Of a stretch of 64,000 nucleotides of DNA, positions 53,888 to 64,000 are shown piece by piece. A model generated the notes under the pieces. It worked only from the letters and a program-made list of their open reading frames with translations. It searched no databases and was not told the DNA's origin. Every line of letters starts with the position of its first letter. The first letter of the stretch is position 1. Made by a program: the position numbers and the translations under genes. The DNA comes from Octopus sinensis (Eukaryota): assembly GCF_006345805.1 (NCBI RefSeq), contig NC_043002.1, forward strand, positions 44,888,001-44,952,000. Direction: 5' to 3'.

Positions 53888-54372
53888 ACTAAAGTGAATT
53901 CCTATACGCTAGAGATAGACGTCAAATCGCCTTACCACAAAGAGTGTGTTCTCATGCAAAATGCAAGTATCTGTAAATCCTCAGCGTAGCCTGTCGTATT
54001 TCGAAACATATTTCACAGAACTATACACAGAAAAGTTTTCCCGAAAAAAAACTTATGTACAGTTCTACAAAATATTTTTGTGGTATTTTTCAAATGTCTT
54101 CAGTTTGGAGCGCTAATGCCGGAAATAACTCTACAGATAATAAATTACCGCAGTTAATTTACCGGTTTGAAACACTGCTATTTTAAATTAGATAATGAGG
54201 GTAGAAATTGATATCAATCAATTAACATCAATTTAAACCAGTGGTCTAGCATATTAAAAAAATCCAAAGATTTAAAAAGTATATTTCAATCAATAAGAGG
54301 AATAGCTACTAAAGTGGATTCCTATATGCTAGACATAGACATCAAATCGCCTTACCACAAAGAGTGTGTTCT
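53888..54372. repeat. 65-bp direct repeats 420 bp apart
   Basis: 53888-53952 vs 54308-54372, four mismatches. Confidence 0.85.
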
Positions 54373-54584
54373 TCATAAAAACCCAGCAAACGCCAAAATG
54401 TAAAAGATAACCAAGGTCAATGAAAATTTACAAAATAAAACGATTACCTACATACCATGATTTCATTATTAATACTTGCAAAAGAATCTAAGAAAGGAAA
54501 CTTTTTTTTACAATTCCATTACTGTTTTACATTCGAACTAAACTTAATAAAACCAGTCATATATTTTTTGATAATATAAAAAAC

Positions 54585-54960
54585 GCAGATGTAACTGTGT
54601 GGTAAGGAGCTTGCTTTCCAACAACATGCTTCCGGGTTTAGTACATCTGTATAGCGAGTGTCTGCTATAGCTTCGGGCCGACCAAAGCCTTGTTAGTAGA
54701 TTTTATAGACGGAAACTGAAAGAATCCCGTTGTTTGTGTGGTGGTTTGTCTTTGTGTCTCTGTTAGTGCCTCCACCACCGCTTTACAGCTGGTCTTGATG
54801 TGTTTACGTACTGAACTTAGAGGTTCAGCAAAACAAACTAATAGAATAAGTACCAAGCTTAACAAAAAATAAGCACTGGGGTCGTTTCATTCGACTAAAT
54901 ATTCTTCAAGGCGCTGCCCCTGCATGGCCACAGTCAAATGACTGACACAAGTAAAAGATA
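54585..54960 (+). mobile_element. SINE family A
   Basis: Head to tail GCATGGCCACAGTCAAATGACTGACACAAGTAAAAG. Confidence 0.8.
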
Positions 54961-56179
54961 TAAATAGAAGATAATGCATTTTATGTCCACTTTACTTCTT
55001 TTGCAACTATCAAAAACCAGGATTTAATCATATAGGCGCAATTTGCGCGTAAAGCTCAGAAAAATAAACGCTCACTTTATTGTTAATAGTTTCTACTTAA
55101 CATCAATGAACTTTTTATACTCTGATCAAGGAGCCAATTCATTAAAAACTTGTATATTAATTTTATGTAACTAATTCAAATTTGTAGATATTATTAATAT
55201 TCTTCATATTCTATAATAAGCTTATATTATAGTTTGGGCTCTTAATTTCTTCTGATGTCAAAAGTGTGGTTGGGTTCATATTCTAAAGGAATTTCAAACA
55301 AAGCAGTTCAAGTGTAATGATATAAAAGGCTGCTAGTTATATTTACCTACTACTACTTCATTTTAAAGCTCGTAAATCTAAATGTGTAACACATGTATGG
55401 TAATTTATATTTCAAACAGTTACTATTGTCTTGCAAAAGCATTTAATTCTTTAAAGTTTGGAATATGTCCTAAGGTCATTGCTTATTGTAGATTTCTTTA
55501 TAGCAGATATTCAGCTGAACAACATAGATAAACATTTTAAGAGCAATTAAATGACAGATATTATATTAACCATGTTGGGAAATACATCGTGATATTTTGT
55601 AATATCTGTCTTTAAATACACAATTTAGGAAATCATTTGTCTGTTGCACTATTTTTAATTACTGCTAGAAATAGACAGACAATGTTTGCAATTAAGTTGT
55701 AAAGGAAGTGCCAGACATCTCTCTGTTATAGCTTGAAACTCTCAAAGAGACAGAATTTATACTAAATAATTTTAAACCTATTTTGAACCTATTGTGAACC
55801 AATTATACATATACGACAAACATTCAAACCAATTTTGTCATTAACACAATGTGCAGGTGTTGACCTACTTATTCTCGGTAAATGATTTGCTTTCATTAAA
55901 AATAAATCCATTGTTTCAAGTTAACAAAATATTGTGAACACAAATTTTTAACTAGAAACAAAATATAAAGGGAATACTTTCTGTACTTCCATTTGTAAAT
56001 ATTTAAACTTTAACTTATTAATGTATTTACATGTTAACAAGAAAATAATACTCGATGTAAGAAAGAAGGTTAGAAATGGATTGCAAATACCCAGCTGAAA
56101 GGGGAGTCATTTACAATAGAAATAAAGGAAAACTGAGATTACCTGTGGATGAAAAAAATAATTTTGAAATATTAAATAC

Positions 56180-56560
56180 AAATGCATGTGTGGTTGTGTG
56201 ATAAGAAGTTTGATTCCAGATTCAATCCCACTGCGCGACCCCTTGGGCTAGTGCTTCTACCATAGTCTCAGGCTAACCAAAGCCTTGTGAGTGGATTTGG
56301 TAGACAAAAACTGAAAGAAGCCCGTCGTATATGCATGTATGTGTGTGTCTTTGTATTTGTGTTTGTCTATCACCACTTGACAACTGATGCTGGTTTGTTA
56401 ACGACCCCGTAAACTAGCAGTTCAACAAAAGAGTCCGATAGAATAAGTGCCAGGCTTTAAAAAGTAAGTCTTGGGGTCGATTCGATTTATTCGACAATAA
56501 CCCTTCTAGCTGGTGCTCCAGTGTGGCCGCAATCAAATAACTGAAACAAGTCAAAAGTAG
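56180..56560 (+). mobile_element. SINE family A
   Basis: Same body and tail as above. Confidence 0.8.
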
Positions 56561-58510
56561 GCAATATTGTTTCAAAAGTGAATATTAATATTTGGACGTA
56601 CAACTCACCCTAATTCATACTTTGAATTTGTAATCTTCTGAAAATAAAATATATCAATACAAAGGTTCCGCAATGTTGCCAAGAAGAGTTTCCTAATGTA
56701 TATAATTCGAAGAATACATTGTATGTCTTTCATCTGGAGCCCTTTTCCATATTTTTCGTCTCATGATAGAATTACTCAAATATTCCTTGTCATAATCTAA
56801 CTGGCATTTTTCAGATTTCTTATAAAGAACATTTAATTTTCATTTTACTTGTAATATACTTATTTATGACAGATTTATTTCCCATCTTACTAAGAATCCA
56901 CAGAGAGAATCATTTTATGTATAAAGGAAAAGTGTGAAAATTCAGTGAACATAGGTGTAAGGATGCAAAATGCAATGCGAAATTAGATATTAATGTTTGA
57001 GGATATTATTTCAAACAGAAATGAACCTTACACTCACAAATATTCAATTTGCATTTTATGAGAACTGAAGGAATTTTTTTCCGTTCCCGCAGAATTGATC
57101 AATTTAAAATTATTATTAAAATGTTTTTTTTTTGTTTGGTTGTTTGTTTTTTTTCTTCTTCTTCTTGAGGTGAAATTTACGTGAAAATCCTCAACAATAT
57201 CGACGATTATTCTCGTAACGGATTGCTTTGAAAAGCGTAAATGACACATGCTGTTTGTCATTTGACATAGAAAATAAAATGTCAAAACAGTCGAGAATTG
57301 ACTATATTTAGTATTTTTAAGGTGAATCGTCAGGCAATGTTTTTCGATTGAATGAACAAATCAGGCTTAAAGCCTTCAAAACTATGATAAATACAAAAAA
57401 AGAGAGAAACACAAGCAGTGGCATATGAAAATTTGATTGACGCAATTTTGCAAGAAAATGATAAGTTTTGATAACTTATAATACGTTCATAGTGAATCAA
57501 TCAAATATAATTTCTGTTGATTTTTAACCATTTCGTTTGTTTTCTTGTACACGAAACCAGCAGTTCATCGTTAATACAAACTTTACAGGATCATTCGAAA
57601 TATATTATCACTGATATAAACTTCAAGTACCTATTAGCTATATTAATATTATTGACTTAAATATTGGAGCATCGTTATTATAAATTCCATTCAAATATAT
57701 TTTAGGATATATATATAAGATTAGAAAACAGCAGTCAAATAAGATTTAACTCAATGTTAAAGATAAGAGAAAAAGAAATCAAATATGCATATACTACTAA
57801 CTAGGTTATAAAACTAGGCTTCACAAAGCTAAAAAGAACACAGCTAGTGAAGAAGGTTAATTCGCAAGATATTAACGGCAAATACATCTGGTAAATGTTC
57901 TTTCGTTATAGACAGATCGAAGGTAAGATGGGAATGATCCAGAAAATGTAAATCCCTGCAGCAGGAAGGTAGGCCACATAAACTATTGTCTGTCGTGTAT
58001 TTTGATGGAAGGAGGGACACAACCCTCATAAGTCAAGAAACGGGAAAAACATTTCGTAAGAAAACAATTCAAGAAGAACACATTTCATTCATAGAAGAAC
58101 CTAAGTCCCGTTATCTTGGGCATTTTGCTGTTAAAGCGTGTTCCGCAAAAGCCATTTCCGATGGTTTGTTGAATTATTTGGAAACCAATGAGATAGTAAC
58201 TAATCACATGACAGCTGTAGGTTGCGATGGTACTGCAGTGAATACAGGGCCAAAAGGAGACACCATTAGACATTTGGAGGATAAAATTGAAGAAGCCATT
58301 GCATTGGTTTGTGTGTCAGCTCCACACAAATTAGTTTTCCTTACGCCATCTTATTAACGATCTCGACGGAAAAACTGTCGGGCCTCAGATTTCTTGGGCC
58401 TATTGGTAAGAGACTGGGCGATGTGAAGCACTAATTGTGAAATTCAATCAGATTCCAATGGACTTACCATCAGTAGACAGAAACGACCTCAGTACCGAAG
58501 GAAAATACTT

Positions 58511-58664
58511 TATTTACATTGTTTATATTATTTACATTTGACGGATATTTGTCCTCATCTTGTTTGATGTTAACACAAGCTTTCGGATTATATACCCTCC
58601 AGCCTTCATCAGGTATCTTGAAGAAATTTCGAACATGGGTTCTCATTCCTAAGGTATTTTTCAA

Positions 58665-58727
<63 letters not shown>

Positions 58728-58753
58728 TAATATTATTATTGTTATTATTATTA

Positions 58754-58784
<31 letters not shown>

Positions 58785-58785
58785 A

Positions 58786-58824
<39 letters not shown>

Positions 58825-58928
58825 ATTATTATTATTATTATTCAGGTCACTGCCTAGAATCGAACTCGGAATTTTGGGGGTAATAACCCGCGTTCTTAAA
58901 CACTACGCCATATGCCCGTGGGCATATG
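58511..58928 (-). mobile_element. composite SINE: tRNA-like head + (AAT)n + hammerhead-bearing tail
   Basis: Minus: box A TGGCGTAGTGTT, box B GAGTTCGATTCT (58845-58928); (AAT)n 58667-58843; tail homologous to 13287-13380 with CTGATGA..CGAAA. Confidence 0.7.
58572..58618 (-). ncRNA. type I hammerhead motif (3' side of stem II damaged)
   Basis: Minus: GATAC | CTGATGA | A GGCTG..AATCC | GAAA | GC | TT | GTGTT. Confidence 0.55.
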
Positions 58929-60598
58929 ATCAAAAATGCCTTTTTGATATCCACTAGTTTATTTCTGAAGGAAAATGTTCAACTGAAATGGCATTAGGGA
59001 ATCCCGGTAAAATGGCTTAGAACTGCAAATTGTATGCTACGTTTGTATGTTGCCAACGAGAATCCTTTTAACACGATGAAATTAATTGATGCCTACATAA
59101 TGACGGTTTATGTGCCAATGTGGTTCACAATTAAACGCAACTCTTCCTCGGAAAATGGGGCTCTAGATGTACTCAAGGCGACTGAGTCTTCCGGAGAAAT
59201 GGATCGAGTGGTACAAGACATTGTATTTCCAGTTATGCAACAAAATGCTTTCTTTGTGCCCCCAGAAAATATCTTACTAGTCATAATAATCGATGAACGG
59301 AGCCACATTCGAGAACTAGCATGGAGGCGCATAAAGCAGGCTCGAACACAGTATAAAGGAAAATCTGTGTGACCTTTCAAAATTCCTACCCTAAACGTTG
59401 CTGCCTCAATCTACATGGACATGGACTGGTAGGACACTATTGTTACTGAACCATCTCTAACACAGGCATTTTCCCATGAAGAAATCGATACCTTCATTCA
59501 ACAGTGGCATTTGATGCAACTGGAAAAATTACTGTGCCACACCCAAGCTGTAGAGAGATGTGTAAAACTCGTGACAGAAGCATCATCTAATATTTGAAGT
59601 GAGAACAGTCGAAACGGTTTCATTGGGAGTCGAATCGAATCAAGAGAAAAGATTTCGGTGTTCGAGACAAAAAAAAAAGCCTTCAGATTGAAAAGTAATA
59701 CAGCAACAACCAATTAGAGTTATTTCGTTTTAGCTATTTTGAACATAACAAACATAAAACTATTGAAAAGGTTGCAAGACGCAATGGAAATTTTAGAAAA
59801 TAAAAATAAGAAATAAGTGGAAATTTTACCGGTGAGTGTGTTAAATAATAAGGCACTAAAAAAGAATGACTCTTCCCAGACAACAAAACATTATGTCGTT
59901 TTAGGAAATTCCAAAACAATAAATCTTTGACAGTTCTATTCTTTTTCTGAGAGTGAGATGCTAATTTATGTCTACGAAAAAAAAAATAATTAGCTTTATT
60001 ATTGGAACGAAAAAGAATGCACTAAAACGATTCGTATTATTTAGTTACAAGGAATTATTTTGAATAAATTGGCAATGTTAATTATTTTTATCGCCAAAAT
60101 GTGTCAAGAATCAAAAATTAGTTTAAGCGTAATTTTATTTTAATGTGTGTGTAATCTAGACCTCATGTAATACATATATTCGGTGACATAGTATCAAGAA
60201 TAATAAAGAAACTGGAGTAGAAAAGTCTGTTTATTTTACATAATTTCGAAATTTTAAGTGCTTTGCAGAGTCTAAAGATATGAAGTTTAGAGCATGAGAT
60301 TTTAACAGTCTTCTTTTTAAAGAATTTTGCAAAGGAAATTTGATTCATAATAATGAATATACAAAATAAAATGAGGATCAACAAATGTGTTCTAAATTGA
60401 TTTTTCGCTCCTTATTCAAAATTTAAAGTGGGCTGTGGAACTGAAAGTTTAAGTTTAACAACTTTAGATTCTTAACCCTGTTGTTGTTACAGGATTTCGC
60501 AGTCATAAATATATGCTTAAAAACATATTTCAAAACTCTGTGTACAAAGCACCCTTTTCGCTCCACGCTAATACATATATGCATACATGTGTGTGTGT

Positions 60599-60707
<109 letters not shown>

Positions 60708-60727
60708 TTATATATATATATATATAT

Positions 60728-60990
60728 GACTGTGTGGTAAGAAGCTTGCTTCTCAACCACATATCGTGTGTGTGTGTGTGCGTGTATTTGTGTGTCTGTG
60801 TTTGTCCCACACTTCCACTTGACAACTGATGTTGGTTTGTTTACGCCCCCGTAACTTAGCGGTTCGGTAAAAATACACGGACTGATAGAATAAGTACTAG
60901 GCTTACAAAGAATAAGTCCTGCGGTCGATTTGTTCGAATAAAGGTGGTGCTTCAGCAAGACTACAGTCAAATGGCTGAAACAAGTAAACG
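60728..60990 (+). mobile_element. SINE family A (internally deleted)
   Basis: GACTGTGTGGTAAGAAGCTTGCTTCTCAACCACAT head; CCGTAACTTAGCGGTTCGG; tail CAGTCAAATGGCTGAAACAAGTAAA. Confidence 0.8.
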
Positions 60991-61176
60991 GAAAGAATAT
61001 ATATATATATATATATTATGTGAAATAGAAAGATGAATAATCTTGTAGTAGATTAATCAAAAGTTTAACCGATACCTTAGTAGCAAAAATCACAGCAGTA
61101 AACAGCACGGTTGGAGGTACAACCATCTGGCGTTGCAACCGTGCGTTGGTGCGGATAATTGAAATTAAAACATTAT

Positions 61177-61590
61177 TGGTGAATTGAAGAAATGGAGCTG
61201 AACGCAGATTGAACAGAAATCGTTTTATTTCATTCTACACGTGTTTCGAAAGGCACAAATTACCAAAATCCGATTGAATAATGGGACCATATTGTGTCTT
61301 TCTCTTCAGGAAGAAAAAAGGAAATCCGTTGGAAAAACAAAAACAGAACAGAGGCGGAGCAAAAAACAAATCGAAGCACAGTTTAGGAGCACAGTTCGAT
61401 TTGTTTTTTGCTCCGCCTCTGTTCTGTTTTTGTTTTTCCAACGGATTTCCTTTTTTCTTCCTGAAGAGAAAGACACAATATGGTCCCATTATTCAATCGG
61501 ATTTTGGTAATTTGTGCCTTTCGAAACACGTGTAGAATGAAATAAAACGATTTCTGTTCAATCTGCGTTCAGCTCCATTTCTTCAATTCA

Positions 61591-61593
<3 letters not shown>
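61177..61593. repeat. inverted repeat, 199-bp arms (61177-61375 / 61395-61593), 19-bp spacer
   Basis: Arm ends pair symmetrically (coordinate sum 122770); the opposite-strand ORFs 61235-61489 and 61281-61535 translate identically outside the spacer. Confidence 0.95.
61455..61541 (+). ncRNA. type I hammerhead ribozyme with extended stem II (mirror copy on minus strand at 61229-61315)
   Basis: TTCTTC | CTGAAGA 61461-67 | GAAAG-A-CACAA ... TTGTG-C-CTTTC | GAAA 61523-26 | CACGTG | TA | GAA-T-GAA; canonical core, GUA triplet. Confidence 0.8.
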
Positions 61594-61635
<42 letters not shown>

Positions 61636-63399
61636 ATATATACATGTCAAATTAGTGAACCCATCACAAATGTGTTGCTAACTTCTGGATATTGGTGAGA
61701 AAAATAAACTGTGCCATTGTCAACAGTTTATCACTCCCTATTGGTTGAATTAACAGCAATTCAAAATATGTAAGAAATGAGAAAATGAGTTATCTTATCT
61801 TAACCAGTTTTTCCGGTACTCATTCTGTAAATCGGCTTAAAATCTTCCAGGCGATTATGTTGTTCTACTTGGAGTCACTTGGAATATGATTGAATAAGAG
61901 ATTTCGGGTCGTTTTGTGGCTTCCTTATATTTTATTTTAGATTATTTTATTTCGACTGAAAGCCGTACTATATTTTCAACTTCACGAATATTCTTCTGCT
62001 AGAAGCATACGCTCTGCCACTACATTTTAATGTAATTTAATAGTATAACGAGCGCGTTATACAATACATGTACATATACAAGGCGTTTTAAGAGACAACT
62101 TTGATACGCTCAGCTAGTTATCAAACGTAACGAACGAAAATTCCCGTATTACTTCCGTTGACGCTGTAAATCTGTACTGACTATGGAATCGGAGCTATCA
62201 AATACTGGCGTATAAACTACCAGACTGTAGTGAAGGAATCATTCTAGGACTTGTTTTGAAAATGACAATTTCATATTTAGGGTGACAGCAGTCAGGCACA
62301 TCTAGGATAATCACAGTTGCACCCAATTTATGAAAACACTACATACTTAATCGCATCCCATGAGTGACATTACTACGTCACTTGAAATAATGCTATTGCA
62401 TTTTTTTTTTCTTTCTCAAAAGAGCATCTGACTATGATGTGGTTTCTGTCATCTGGATAATATCTAGGAACGTACTGCAAGATAACTAAACATGGAACAT
62501 TTTCCATATATCGAAATAAGTCATACTGAAATAGAAGCAACTGAACGAAACATATATTTAAATAACGGGAAAATCTTTAAGTCTCAATATTGAGTTCGAG
62601 TCTTCCTCTACTTATAAAGATTAAAGAGTGATGGGCTTCTCTTAGATTGTTTTCCAGGTATGGCTATGTACTTAAGAAGTTTACTTTTCACTCAGCTGGT
62701 TCAAGATCAGTCATACTGCACCAAACATGGGACAAGTATCTTCTATAATCAATTAAAAAAGAAAACAATCAATTCAAATAAACGAATAATAAAATTAACA
62801 GAGAACAAGAGGACGTGCACATGGAATGTATAAGTTTGACGTTCAGTATAAAGAGAGCTTGACGTTTCATGTATAGTCCTTCGTCGGAAAGGAGAAACGG
62901 AAGAGTCCAAAGAAGGAAAAGAAATCACCGACAGCATGTGTGCAGTTACGTTGCATCCTTTTGTTTAGCCAGATCTATGCACACGCGCGCGTATGTGTGC
63001 GCGTGTACGTAGGTGTGCGTAGGTGTGCGTATGAGTGTGTGTGTGCCTGAGTCTGTATGTCTCTGTGTATCTGTGTCTGTGTGTATGTATGTGAGTGTGA
63101 TAGTAAGCGTATGAGTTAACCTATTTGTGTCTATTTTGCACCGCTTGAAAGCCACTGTTGGCTTATGTCCCTATTATTAGCAGTTCGGCATAAAGGTTGG
63201 GAGAATAAGCAGTACACATTTTAAAAAATAAGTGTCAATGTCATCAATGAAAATGCATAGCATCTTAATATGGCTTCAGCCGAACAAACGAGATATCTCA
63301 ATATTCGTCGTCCGTCAGATGTGTGTATTTAATTTTCTCGTGGGCTATTGTATCTTTTGCTGATATATACATATATATATATATATAAGCATAAACAGC

Positions 63400-63510
63400 A
63401 GAGTTCCGTCAACTAAATTTCAATCACACGACACTTGACAACAAAAACGTATGGTAGAAATCACCTGCACAAGGTACTGCACAGTGCGATCGAACCCGGA
63501 ACCATGTGAT
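63400..63510 (-). mobile_element. SINE family A head fragment (diverged)
   Basis: CAAGGTACTGCACAGTGCGATCGAACCCGGAACCATGTG. Confidence 0.6.
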
Positions 63511-64000
63511 GTTTCTTAATTTCAGACATTTCTTAGCATACTTTTAGAAGAATGGTCGAAACAGTCGATATTATTAAATTTCAGGATTTCTATTTATTGC
63601 TTCTAAACTGTATTGCTACCAACATCATGCCAGGAAAAGCCATTAACGTATTATGCAATATAATAAACCGCTTGTGAGAAGTTTCTCATCTCACATTAAT
63701 GAAATTAAAAGATTTATTTGCAAAGAAGTAAATCTCATTAATTACCAATGACTTTCTTGATCTTAATGACATATATTACATTTTAAAATACACTGAAATG
63801 TGTGGAGCTAACTAAGAATTTTGATATGCTTTAGGTAAATTTCATTACTCGTGTTTAATGATTCAATACATATTCAATAAATATTTGGAACAACATATAA
63901 TTTTAGACATGAAACTGTATATATGTCAATCTCATAAATAAATTGTTCCAATATCGATTTAATAAATACGTTTGAACTCTAAGAAGATAATTAGATTGAT

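Larger units (their letters stand above)
57840..59720 (+). mobile_element. degenerate hAT-superfamily transposase (hATm-like), interrupted by the 58511-58928 insertion
   Basis: YFDGRRDTT, EEHISFIEEPKSRYLGH, VGCDGTAVNTG, VYVPMWFTIK, NAFFVPPENILL, CHTQAVERCVKLVTEAS; TIRs not identified. Confidence 0.75.

Noticed and set aside
55000-56150. Possible decayed coding sequence on the minus strand
   Set aside because: Many stops and no motif I can name.

Overview
This is very AT-rich, microsatellite-saturated animal genomic DNA, intergenic or intronic. The SINE families and (TA)n/(TACA)n/(GATA)n/(TAA)n density suggest an octopus; that is my inference. I cannot support any host protein-coding exon. 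Recognisable content is decayed mobile DNA: two R4/Dong-clade retrotransposons, a CR1-group LINE, an RTE LINE, a Ty3/Gypsy element, a Penelope-like (PLE) GIY-YIG fragment, Tc1, mariner and hAT DNA transposons, several non-autonomous Helitrons, and about 25 tRNA-derived SINE copies. The most striking unannotated signal is about 13 type I hammerhead-ribozyme (HHR) motifs (CUGANGA...GAAA...UH with pairable stems I-III), most in short non-coding elements inserted in (TA)n or (TAA)n. Two lie in perfect DNA palindromes (37670-37795; 61177-61593), so both strands encode the same ribozyme. One is fused to a tRNA-like Pol III head (58511-58928). A second theme is several distinct retroelements, each flanked on both sides by one particular microsatellite. 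All RNA folds were done by eye.
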